33,355 bases of DNA from Spongiibacteraceae bacterium (lineage in GTDB: Bacteria > Pseudomonadota > Gammaproteobacteria > Pseudomonadales > CAMLJR01), in contig JAVEVZ010000002.1 in the NCBI GenBank assembly GCA_034004805.1, forward strand, positions 1-33,355, given 5' to 3'. The notes beneath the pieces were generated by a model. The model was given only the letters and a program-made list of their open reading frames with translations. It had not been told where the DNA came from and did no database searches. The position numbers were made by a program, and so were the translations under genes. Below, in pieces: positions 20,879 to 29,245 of the stretch (its first letter is position 1; the number at the start of each line of letters is the position of its first letter).

Positions 20879-22315
20879 ATGCCCGATCAGCCCGCTGAAT
20901 TCACCGATCATTCCCGCGCAAACCCGGATGCTCAGGTGACCGCTGCGCTCAGCCTGCGCGAACTGTGGTTGTGCGAAGCGCTGCGTCTGCGCGAAGCGCA
21001 GGCCGGTCCGCTGGACGACAGCGAAGCCGCGCGTCGAGCCCGCGCCGACGGCGGCAGTTTTCAGCAGCGCATTGTCCGTCGCGCTGAGCTGCTGGGCCGT
21101 CGTGATGGCCAGTGGCAGGCCTTGCAGCACTGGCTGCAGGGCGCGCAGCTGGCGCTGCTTGTGCTGTTGTTATTGGCTGCAGTGACAGGCATCGCCCTGG
21201 CGTTTGCCGCCGTCGGCGACAACCAGCGCCCGGTGAATGTGTTCTGGGCGCTGGGCGGTTTGCTCGGGCTCAACCTGGTGACGCTGGTTGCCTGGCTGAT
21301 GAGCCTGGTGCTGAGCGGCGACCACACCGCGGCGCTGGGCCGCCTGTGGCTGTGGCTCAGCGAAAAACTGGCCCGCGATGCCCGGGCAGCACAGCTCGCA
21401 CCGGCCCTGTTGTTACTCCTGCAGCGTCGTCGTCTGGGACGCTGGGGTTTGGGCCTGTTGTCCCATGGCACCTGGACGCTGGTGATGGCCACTGCCCTAC
21501 TCACTCTGCTGGCGATGTTTGCCACGCGCCGTTATGACTTTGTGTGGGAAACCACGATTCTCAGCAGCGATACGTTTATTGCGCTGACCCAGATGCTGGG
21601 CAGCCTGCCTGCCTGGCTGGGTTTTGATCAGCCGGGCGCCGGGCTGATACGCGCCAGTGGCGATGGTCCTTTGGCGAGCGAAGTGGCGCGCCAGGGTTGG
21701 GCGGCGTGGCTGGTCGGTGTCCTGCTGATCTACGGCCTGCTACCGCGACTGGTGCTGATGGCCTGGTGCGGATGGCGCTGGCGGCGCGGCCTTGCTCGTC
21801 TCGAGCTGGATCTGCAGCTGCCGGGCTACCGGCTTCTGCGGGAGCGCCTGTTGCCGGGCAGCGAGCGGCTGGGTGTATCGGACGCCGCGCCGGACGGCGT
21901 GTACCAGCCACGGGTCGACCATGGTGAGCTGGCGAGCCAGGGCAGGCTGCTGGCGGCCGTTGAACTGGACGGCCGTCGCCCGTGGCCACCGCCCCTGCCC
22001 GAGGGTATTGCCGATGGGGGCGTGATCGACAGCCGTGAGCAGCGCCAACAACTGCTGGACGAGCTGAGCCGCGCGCCGGTGCAGCGCCTGCTGATTGCCT
22101 GCGATCCGCGCCGCTCGCCGGACCGCGGCACCCTGGCGTTGCTGGCAGAGCTGGCCGGCTATGCCGGCGCGACGCGTATCTGGTTGCTGCCCGCGCCCCC
22201 CGGCGAGCAGTTGGACGCCAACCGCCTGGCCGACTGGCATGCGGCGCTGGAGAACCTGGACCTTCCGGTCGCGGACAGCCAGCCCCTCGCCTGGCTGGAG
22301 ACTGACCATGCGTGA
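20879..22315 (+). CDS. Polytopic inner-membrane protein, DUF2868-like
   Basis: 478 aa from the ATG at 20879 (GGAAAGGA upstream); the track starts earlier, at 20837. At least four strongly hydrophobic segments (LALLVLLLLAAVTGIALAFAAV, VFWALGGLLGLNLVTLVAWLMSLVL, WTLVMATALLTLLAMFA, WAAWLVGVLLIYGLLPRLVLMAW), followed by a soluble C-terminal region of about 170 aa. The family name comes from my recollection that this architecture is followed by a DUF3482 GTPase. Confidence 0.7.
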   Translation: MPDQPAEFTDHSRANPDAQVTAALSLRELWLCEALRLREAQAGPLDDSEAARRARADGGSFQQRIVRRAELLGRRDGQWQALQHWLQGAQLALLVLLLLAAVTGIALAFAAVGDNQRPVNVFWALGGLLGLNLVTLVAWLMSLVLSGDHTAALGRLWLWLSEKLARDARAAQLAPALLLLLQRRRLGRWGLGLLSHGTWTLVMATALLTLLAMFATRRYDFVWETTILSSDTFIALTQMLGSLPAWLGFDQPGAGLIRASGDGPLASEVARQGWAAWLVGVLLIYGLLPRLVLMAWCGWRWRRGLARLELDLQLPGYRLLRERLLPGSERLGVSDAAPDGVYQPRVDHGELASQGRLLAAVELDGRRPWPPPLPEGIADGGVIDSREQRQQLLDELSRAPVQRLLIACDPRRSPDRGTLALLAELAGYAGATRIWLLPAPPGEQLDANRLADWHAALENLDLPVADSQPLAWLETDHA

Positions 22316-23714
22316 TGTGCTCAACGAACTGACGCGCAGGCCGGCCGCCAAGGCGTTGACGCTGGCGGTGGTGGGCCATACCAACGTAGGCAAGACCTCG
22401 TTGCTGCGCACGCTCACCCGCGACGTCGGCTTCGGCAACGTGTCACACCGCCCCGGCACGACCCGGCATGTCGAGGGCGCACGGCTGTCGGTGGATGGCG
22501 AAGGGCTTTTGGAACTGTACGACACCCCCGGTCTGGAGGACGCGATCGCCCTGCTCGATTATCTGGAGCGTCTGGATCGACCCGGTGAGCGGCTGGATGG
22601 TCCGGCGCGGCTGGGGCGTTTTCTCGATGGCAGTGAAGCGCGCCACCGTTTTGAGCAGGAGGCCAAGGTCCTGCGCCAGCTGCTGGCGTCGGATGCCGGG
22701 CTGTATGTCATCGACGCCCGGGAGCCGGTGCTGGCCAAATACCGCGACGAGCTGGCGGTGCTGGCGATGTGCGGCCGGCCGCTGCTGCCGGTGCTCAATT
22801 TTGTTGCCGGTGACGGCCACCGCGAGCAGGACTGGCGCGACGCACTGGCGCGCCTGGGGCTCCATGCGCTGGTGTGCTTCGACAGCGTGGCGCCGCCGCT
22901 GGATGGCGAGCGCCGCCTGTACGAAAGCCTGGCCCTGCTGCTGGAAAAATCCCGTCCGCAACTGCAGCGCCTGATTGACGATCTCCAGGCGCAGCGCCTG
23001 GCGCGTGCCGAAGCCGGCGCGCGTTTGATCGCCGAACTGCTGATTGACTGCGCGGCCTGCCGCTACAGTGTGGAGGACGACAGTGCGATTCACGAATTGC
23101 ACGAGGTTGTCCGGCAACGGGAACAGCGGTGTGTCGAGGCACTGTTGACGCTCTACGCGTTTCGCCGTGACGACGCCCGCGCCGGCGATCTGCCGCTGCT
23201 GGACGGGCGCTGGGACCACGACCTGTTCAACCCCGAAACCCTGCGTCAACTGGGCGTAAAGATTGGCGGAGGTGTGGCGGCGGGCGCGGCGACGGGCGCC
23301 GGTATCGATATGCTGGTGGGTGGCATCACCCTGGGTAGCGCCGCTGCTCTTGGCGCCATCATCGGTGGCAGTGCCCAGACCCTGCGCAACTACGGCGCGC
23401 GCCTCAAGGGAAAAATTCAGGGCCGGCGTGAGCTGACTGTGGACGACGCGGTATTGCGCCTGCTCGCCCTGCGCCAGCAGAGCCTGCTGCGCGCTCTGGA
23501 CGCCCGCGGCCACGCAGCACAGGAAGCGATTGAATTACCGCCGCCACAGGAAGCGCTGTGGCGGGAAGGCAAGTTGCCGGCGCCACTGCGCAAGGCGCGC
23601 GCCCATCCGGGCTGGTCGACCCTCAATCCCGGCGTCCGCCTGCAGCAGGCCCAGCGCAGCGAGCAGGTGGCGCTGCTGAGCCAGAGTCTGCAGGGCGTGA
23701 AGCCGGAGGCGTGA
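22308..23714 (+). CDS. Membrane-associated GTPase, GTPase/DUF3482-like
   Basis: 468 aa from the ATG at 22308, which overlaps the upstream stop (ATGCGTGA). The track's 22095 start lies inside the upstream gene. G1 is VVGHTNVGKTSLL, G2 is RPGTTRH, G3 is YDTPGLED. No canonical NKxD; LNFVAGD sits at the expected G4 position. Helical middle region. Gly-zipper hydrophobic hairpin at aa 315-357 (LGVKIGGGVAAGAATGAGIDMLVGGITLGSAAALGAIIGGSAQTL, nt 23250-23378). Confidence 0.8.
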   Translation: MRDVLNELTRRPAAKALTLAVVGHTNVGKTSLLRTLTRDVGFGNVSHRPGTTRHVEGARLSVDGEGLLELYDTPGLEDAIALLDYLERLDRPGERLDGPARLGRFLDGSEARHRFEQEAKVLRQLLASDAGLYVIDAREPVLAKYRDELAVLAMCGRPLLPVLNFVAGDGHREQDWRDALARLGLHALVCFDSVAPPLDGERRLYESLALLLEKSRPQLQRLIDDLQAQRLARAEAGARLIAELLIDCAACRYSVEDDSAIHELHEVVRQREQRCVEALLTLYAFRRDDARAGDLPLLDGRWDHDLFNPETLRQLGVKIGGGVAAGAATGAGIDMLVGGITLGSAAALGAIIGGSAQTLRNYGARLKGKIQGRRELTVDDAVLRLLALRQQSLLRALDARGHAAQEAIELPPPQEALWREGKLPAPLRKARAHPGWSTLNPGVRLQQAQRSEQVALLSQSLQGVKPEA

Positions 23715-23734
23715 TCAACGCCGGTGGCAGCGCC

Positions 23735-24838
23735 TCACTGCAGATCGGCAAGTGCGACGACGCGGGTGCGAATCGGCGGCTTGTCCACGGCTTCCACATA
23801 GCGCAACAACATGGCGCCGCAGCGGTGACCGGCGGTAGCCAGCCAGTTGGGGTAGTTGGCGCCCGGGTCTTCTTCACTGACCACGATGCGCACGCTGCCG
23901 TCGTCACTGAGCACCGCGCCGTGCTTGTTGAGGTGTATCCGGTGGTAGCGGTAATCCAGCGATTCCATCCAGTAATTGGATATCTGCAGGTTCCAGGTGC
24001 GGCACTGTTTGGGCGGCGTGAACTCCACCACCAGCGCCTGGTCCGGCTCCAGCTTCCAGTAGCTGTTGTGGTAGTAGATAGCGGGGTCGCCCCCGGCGCG
24101 CATGCAGAAGTCCTGGTCATTGGGCGGCAACTGGTTGATATGTGCCGAGAACACCTGCATCCACTGATGAAACAGCCCGGCGGTACCGCTGACAAAGGGC
24201 ACTACACCCTGCAGTTTTCCGGCAAATTCGGCCGGGTCGAGAATCGCGCTGCCCTGTGGGTTGAGGCACTCAATGGACAGCTCTGCCGCCTGTTCGGTGG
24301 TGCGGTCCTTGAAGGTCTGGCGCACCAACAGGCTGTCGGACGCCTCGCTCATCGGCAGCCAGTTGCCCGGGTATTTTTTGGCTGACACGATCAGCTCAAA
24401 ATTGCCGTCGCTGTCGATCTCAAGCTCTTCAATCTCCACATGCCCGGTGGCGACCATGTCGCCCTGCCCCACGTAAGAGCCGGCCTTGGATTCTATGCTG
24501 AGGTAATCCACGCTGCCGCGGTTGCCGCGAATACGGTATTCCCGCCGGCCGTCCACTGCGCAGTTGTAATAGATGTTGTCGGGATTGTCGTTGCCGATTT
24601 TCGCCGTTTCGTGGGACAGGGAGTAAAACTGGGGATGTTCCGGATCGCTGAACTCGATCTGTTTTTCCAGGCCCAGTCGCAGCAGACGGGTCAGGTAGCG
24701 ATACCCCTCCGCGCGGGTCAGCGGATCGGTGGGAACGCCCGGGGCCAGAATCTGATTGCCGGCCTCCTTCAGGCTGTCGCAGAAGTCATTCCAGAGCTCA
24801 CCGCTCAGTAACCGCTGTTCCAAAGACGTTTGTGCCAT
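23735..24838 (-). CDS. DUF1214-like protein of unknown function
   Basis: 367-aa ORF with AAAGGAG upstream of the ATG. The segment AEGYRYLTRLLRLGLE...IGNDNPDNIYYNCAVDGRREYRIRGNRGSVDYLSI resembles the DUF1214 signature as I remember it. Last gene of the receptor-sulfatase string. Confidence 0.55.
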   Translation of the reverse strand: MAQTSLEQRLLSGELWNDFCDSLKEAGNQILAPGVPTDPLTRAEGYRYLTRLLRLGLEKQIEFSDPEHPQFYSLSHETAKIGNDNPDNIYYNCAVDGRREYRIRGNRGSVDYLSIESKAGSYVGQGDMVATGHVEIEELEIDSDGNFELIVSAKKYPGNWLPMSEASDSLLVRQTFKDRTTEQAAELSIECLNPQGSAILDPAEFAGKLQGVVPFVSGTAGLFHQWMQVFSAHINQLPPNDQDFCMRAGGDPAIYYHNSYWKLEPDQALVVEFTPPKQCRTWNLQISNYWMESLDYRYHRIHLNKHGAVLSDDGSVRIVVSEEDPGANYPNWLATAGHRCGAMLLRYVEAVDKPPIRTRVVALADLQ

Positions 24839-24973
24839 GGGCTTTACTCCTTTTATTTACGGCCTTCACCGTAGCAAGTCGCGCTGCAAAGCGCATCACC
24901 CTAACGGATGCTATTAGCGGACCCGCGCCCGCCGGGCGCCGCCATCACCGCCGGGCCCCGTCGCTGCCCGGCA

Positions 24974-26635
24974 TCAGAGGTTGGTGTACGGGCTGACCAC
25001 CTGTTCCTCGAGGATAATGCCCATTTCCTCGGCATAGGCATCCCACAGCGCCACTAGCGCTGCCAGCTTCTGCGGATTGGTGGCGGCGAGGTCTTCGCGC
25101 TCGCCGGGGTCCCGGGCGAGATTGAACAGCGCCCAGCGACCGGGGCCGTTGGGCTCGCTCAGGTAGGTCGCTTTCCAGTCGCCCTGGCGCAGTGCGCGCT
25201 GACCGAACAGTTCCCAGCCGACGGCGTCGGAGTCGCTGTGCACCGGCCCGGCGTCGCCGGTCAGCAGTGGCAGCAATGACTTGCCCCGCACGGGTTCGAT
25301 TTTGCCGCCCGGTTTCGCGGGGTGCTGTGCGCCCGCCATCTCCAGAAAGGTGGGCACCAGGTCCATTGCGGTCGCAAAGCGGCGGTCGGTGCCACCGGCG
25401 TTGACGAAGCCCGGGTAGCGAATGATCGTGGGGCTCATCAGGCCGCCTTCGGCGGTGGTGGACTTGTACAGGCGATATGGCGCACTGGCGGCCTGGGCCC
25501 AGTTGGGGCCGTAGGCCAGCATGGAATCGGCGCTGCCCCAATCTTCGAACGCGCCTTCTTCCAGCGGTGCGAAATCATCGACCTTTGCCAGCATCCCGGC
25601 GAGCGTGTCCGGTGCGGCGCCGTTGTCAGACAGGAAGATAACAACGGTGTTGTCGAGACGGCCATCGTCGCGCAAGGCCTGGATCACGCGGCCGATATTC
25701 CAGTCCATGCGGTCCACCATGGCGGCGTAGATTTCCATTTTCCGCGATTGCCGCCTGCGCTCCTCGTCGCTCAGGCTTTCCCAGTCGCGGAGCGTGGCGG
25801 GCAGCGACAGATCGGCGTTGGCGGGCAGCAGGCCCAGCGCCTGTTGGCGTGCGAGGCGTTTTTTGAGGAGAACCTCCCAGCCCTGATCGTAGTGGCCCTT
25901 GTACTTGGCGATGGTTTCCGCCGGTGCGTGCAAAGGCCAGTGGGGCGCGGTGAAGGGCAGGTATGCAAAGAAGGGCTGTTGGCGGTCTTCACCGAGAAAC
26001 TGCACCAGTTTGTCGGTGAAGTAGTCGGAGGAATAGAAGTCCTCGGGCAGGCTGACCTTCCTGCCGTCCTCGGTATAGTTCGCGCCGCCCATTTCCGCCG
26101 GCGGCAGTCCCGGCTTGCCGAAATGGTTGTGGCCGCCTTCGCGCAGCGTAAACACCCGGCTGAAGCCGCGTGCGTAGGGATCTGTTGCATCCGTTGCGCC
26201 CAGATGCCACTTGCCGCTCATCACGGTGCGATAGCCGTTGTTGCTGAGCACCTCGGCAATGGTGACGACCCGGTCGTTGAGGTGTCCCTCATAGCCGGGC
26301 TTGCCGCGTTGCGATGGCGTGATCAACTCCTTCATATTGGCGATGCCGGCGAGGTGGTGATCGGTGCCGGTCAGCAACATGGAGCGGGTCGGTGAACAGG
26401 TGGAGGCGACATGAAAGCCCGTCATGCGCAGGCCTTCGGCGGCCAGCTGGTCGAGGTTGGGGGTCTCGATCTCGCCACCAAAGCTGCCGATGTCGGAGTA
26501 GCCCAGGTCATCGGCGAGTATTACCAGAAAGTTGGGCGGCGCTGCCGATGCACTTGAGGCGCCGGCATGCGCCAGGCCGGTCAACACGGCACCGAACAAC
26601 AGGGTGTAAAGCATGGACCGGTGAATCGCTGACAT
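24974..26635 (-). CDS. atsA: Arylsulfatase, Cys-type (formylglycine-dependent), with signal peptide
   Basis: 553 aa from the ATG at 26635 (AAGGAA upstream); the track's 26824 start adds an implausible 63 aa. Signal peptide MSAIHRSMLYTLLFGAVLTGLAHAGASSASA. Nearly colinear with Pseudomonas AtsA as I recall it (PNFLVILADDLGYSDIGSFGGEIETPNLD..., sulfatase signature STCSPTRSMLLTGTDHH, FFAYLPFTAPHWPLHAP, AAMVDRMDWNIGRV, FLSDNGA). Confidence 0.9.
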   Translation of the reverse strand: MSAIHRSMLYTLLFGAVLTGLAHAGASSASAAPPNFLVILADDLGYSDIGSFGGEIETPNLDQLAAEGLRMTGFHVASTCSPTRSMLLTGTDHHLAGIANMKELITPSQRGKPGYEGHLNDRVVTIAEVLSNNGYRTVMSGKWHLGATDATDPYARGFSRVFTLREGGHNHFGKPGLPPAEMGGANYTEDGRKVSLPEDFYSSDYFTDKLVQFLGEDRQQPFFAYLPFTAPHWPLHAPAETIAKYKGHYDQGWEVLLKKRLARQQALGLLPANADLSLPATLRDWESLSDEERRRQSRKMEIYAAMVDRMDWNIGRVIQALRDDGRLDNTVVIFLSDNGAAPDTLAGMLAKVDDFAPLEEGAFEDWGSADSMLAYGPNWAQAASAPYRLYKSTTAEGGLMSPTIIRYPGFVNAGGTDRRFATAMDLVPTFLEMAGAQHPAKPGGKIEPVRGKSLLPLLTGDAGPVHSDSDAVGWELFGQRALRQGDWKATYLSEPNGPGRWALFNLARDPGEREDLAATNPQKLAALVALWDAYAEEMGIILEEQVVSPYTNL

Positions 26636-26780
26636 AAGGGTTCCTTTCGGTGGAATCACATTACACGCCAAAGCGCTGTTGCACATGGCGACGGCGTTGT
26701 AGCGCGTCCCGGCGCTTGGCGTAGTCCGGCGACGACGTCCGCAGGGTATGCCCCAATACGGTGCGCGCATTATCAACAGC

Positions 26781-26807
26781 AAAGCGCCGGCTATCCATGG
26801 CCGGCGC
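26781..26807 (-). terminator. Candidate intrinsic terminator after the second TonB-dependent receptor
   Basis: Perfect 8-bp GC stem: gcgccggc (26784-26791), loop tatccatg, gccggcgc (26800-26807). On the minus strand it is followed by TTTGCTGTT. It begins about 20 nt downstream of the receptor stop. Confidence 0.5.
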
Positions 26808-26826
26808 TGGCGGGCGATCGCCATGT

Positions 26827-28998
26827 TCAGAACTCGTAACTCAGGTCGACGCCGTAGCTACGCGGTTCACCCCAGGCGCGGTAAGTGCCAAAGCCCGGTG
26901 CGTTCAGGAAGGAGTACTCCTTGTCCTCCAGATTGCGACCCCACAATGCGACCTTGAAAACGCCGTTGTTCGGTCCGGGGATGTCTTCCAGGGCGATACG
27001 GGCGTTCAGCAGGCCGTAGTCATCGATGGTGTAGTCGCCATTGACCCGCGTGGCGGTGATGAACTTGTCGTCCTGCCAGGTGTAATTGAGGTTGGCAACC
27101 ACCACACCATAGGGCGTAGTCGTGACGTCCCAGTTCAGGTCCAGGGTGTAGCTGTGCTGGGGGGCGTTGACGAATTCGTAGTCGTTGGTGACGTCGCGGC
27201 CGAAGGCGTCGTTGATTTCGTCGTAACGGGCGTTGAGATAGCCGTAATTGAAGCTCGCGGTCAGACCATCCACTACCAGTGCCGTGACCTCGAGCTCCAG
27301 GCCCTGGATGGTGGCTTCACCGGCGTTGAGAATGTCAGCTTTGGTCGGGTCGCTGATATTGGTCTGGGCGTTGAGCTGAATGTCTTTGTAGTCGGCAGTA
27401 AACACGGCTGCGTTGACCCGCAAACGGTTTTCCAGCCACTGGGATTTGATACCGATTTCGTAGGATTCCAGGGATTCCTCGTCGAAGCCGTTTTCGAAGA
27501 ACGCGATAGTGGTGGCGCGAACGTTGAAACCGCCGGTCTTGTAGCCCTCGGCGTATTTGGCGTAGAGGTTGATATCGTTGGTCAGATCAAAACCGACGGT
27601 AAAGCTGGGGTTCACGGCGTCGAAGTCTTTGTCGCCACGGCCCTGCTGATACGACGGCGCCAGGATGCCGTTGGTGGCCAGCAGCACGTTGTAGCGGGTC
27701 AGGTCGGCCTTGCGCTCGTCCTTGGACCAGCGCAGACCCAGGGTCAGGTGCAGGCGGCTGTCCAGCATATCGGGGGTATAGGTTGCCTGGCCGAAGGCGG
27801 CCCAGGCCTTGTTCTCGATATCGGCGTCGGCGACCTGGCGGATCCCGAAGCCCGGCAGCCAGTTGATGGTGGAACCGCTGCCCTCTTCCTCGAAGTAGTA
27901 GAGGCCCAGGGTGTAGTCCAGTTTGTAGCCCATGGCGCTGCCGATCAGCTGCAGCTCCTGGCTGAACTGGTCCTGCTCGACGCTGGCGTCGATAAAGAAC
28001 GGCGTGTTGGGGCGCCCGGTGCCGGACAGGTAGTCCTGGTAGACGTAGCTGTCGAGGTCGCGGTAGGCGGTGATGGAGCGCAGGATCAGGTCTTCCTGGA
28101 TTTCCCAGTTGACGGTGAGCTGGTGACCCTGGGCCGTGACATCGCTGGGCTTCATGGTCTGGCCGCCGGCGTGGCTGACGCTGGGTCGCTGGGGCGGTAC
28201 CCCCGGCACGGTGGGCGCCAGGTAGTAGCTGGTGTCATCCAGTTGCGAGCGGTCGTAGCTGTAGCGCGCATCCAGTGCATCGTTGGGCTGCCAGAAGAAA
28301 TCGATGCGCTGGGCATCGCGATCCTCGGCGCCGTAGGTGCTGGTGCCCTGGCCGGCGTTGTCGACGAAGCCGTCCTTTTCGCTGGTCATATAGAAGGCGC
28401 GCACCGCGAGGGTGTCGCCGATGGGCGCGTTGACCATGGTGCGGGAGCGGAATTCATCGCGCTTGCCGAAGGTGAAGTCCTGCTTGAAGCCCCACTGGCC
28501 CAGCTCCGGGGCCTGGGTGATGAAGTTGATGGCGCCACCGGTGGCGTTGCGGCCGTACAGGGTGCCCTGCGGCCCGCGCAGCACTTCGATGCGCTCCAGC
28601 TCCGCAACTTCCAGGCCCATGCCCTGGTTGCGACCTACATATACCCCGTCCATATAGACAGCGACGCTGGGATCCTGGGTGATCTGGTCGTCGAAGTTGC
28701 CGACGCCCCTGATAAACACCCGCGGCGTGGCGCCGCTGTTGGGGTGGGGGCTCAGCTGCAGGTTGGGGACGTTGCTGCCCAGGTCGATAATATCGGTGAT
28801 GCGCAGATTCTCGATCTGAGCGCTGCCCATGGACACCAGGGATATGGGGATATCCTGTTGCAGTTCATCGCGCTTCTGGGCGGTGACCACCACTTCTTCC
28901 AGCGACATCTGCGCGTGGGTGACGGTGCTGTGGGCCATCAGCAGCTGCAGGCCGATCGCGGTGCTGAGGGCGGTTCTGGTTAGGACATGGTGACGCAT
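26827..28998 (-). CDS. TonB-dependent outer-membrane receptor (about 80 kDa class)
   Basis: 723-aa ORF. Signal peptide MRHHVLTRTALSTAIGLQLLMAHSTVTHA. TonB-box/plug region (LEEVVVTAQKRDELQQDIPISL, IRGVGNF, VAVYMDGVYVGR, LERIEVLRGPQGTLYGRNATGGAINFIT). Terminal ...YGVDLSYEF. Confidence 0.92.
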   Translation of the reverse strand: MRHHVLTRTALSTAIGLQLLMAHSTVTHAQMSLEEVVVTAQKRDELQQDIPISLVSMGSAQIENLRITDIIDLGSNVPNLQLSPHPNSGATPRVFIRGVGNFDDQITQDPSVAVYMDGVYVGRNQGMGLEVAELERIEVLRGPQGTLYGRNATGGAINFITQAPELGQWGFKQDFTFGKRDEFRSRTMVNAPIGDTLAVRAFYMTSEKDGFVDNAGQGTSTYGAEDRDAQRIDFFWQPNDALDARYSYDRSQLDDTSYYLAPTVPGVPPQRPSVSHAGGQTMKPSDVTAQGHQLTVNWEIQEDLILRSITAYRDLDSYVYQDYLSGTGRPNTPFFIDASVEQDQFSQELQLIGSAMGYKLDYTLGLYYFEEEGSGSTINWLPGFGIRQVADADIENKAWAAFGQATYTPDMLDSRLHLTLGLRWSKDERKADLTRYNVLLATNGILAPSYQQGRGDKDFDAVNPSFTVGFDLTNDINLYAKYAEGYKTGGFNVRATTIAFFENGFDEESLESYEIGIKSQWLENRLRVNAAVFTADYKDIQLNAQTNISDPTKADILNAGEATIQGLELEVTALVVDGLTASFNYGYLNARYDEINDAFGRDVTNDYEFVNAPQHSYTLDLNWDVTTTPYGVVVANLNYTWQDDKFITATRVNGDYTIDDYGLLNARIALEDIPGPNNGVFKVALWGRNLEDKEYSFLNAPGFGTYRAWGEPRSYGVDLSYEF

Positions 28999-29245
28999 GG
29001 CGGTGTGGTTCTCCCGGTTGGGGGCTTGGGCCCCGCGTTATTTTCAAACCCGCCCAGAGTGGACTGTGCGCGGCCTGCCGGCCTCCCAACCCATCGGGAA
29101 AGACTCCCTGCCGATAGGCTGGGAGTGAAAAACCGCGGTGGTTAAGCAGCTGTACCCGCGACGATCGAGAGAGGACCGGCGGTGGTGCGGCGGGCGGCTT
29201 CCCGGTATCGTGCTCCCTCAGTGCATGTGGTGATACCTCTCTTCG

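Noticed and set aside
23706-23737. Nested inverted repeats (gaggcg...cgcctc; ggcgt-gatca-acgcc) in the 20-nt gap between the convergent GTPase and DUF1214-like genes, considered as a bidirectional terminator.
   Set aside because: The stems are short, the loops are long, and there is no flanking U/T tract on either strand. I cannot support a terminator call from the sequence alone.
26636-26824. N-terminal extensions offered by the ORF track: sulfatase from 26824, GTPase from 22095, GFA protein from 18990, dnaA from 12683, DUF2868-like from 20837, cupin from 19799.
   Set aside because: The extensions are non-conserved-looking and basic or Pro-rich, overlap upstream genes, or precede an obvious signal peptide or conserved N-terminus. 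The internal ATG or GTG has a better Shine-Dalgarno sequence. Shorter starts were chosen, though they remain unverified.
26761-28983. 740-aa plus-strand ORF opposite the second TonB-dependent receptor, and the 357-aa ORF at 25322-26395 opposite the sulfatase.
   Set aside because: Same artefact. The products are Gly/Val/Ala/Asp-rich mirror translations, whereas the minus-strand products have signal peptides and full family signatures.
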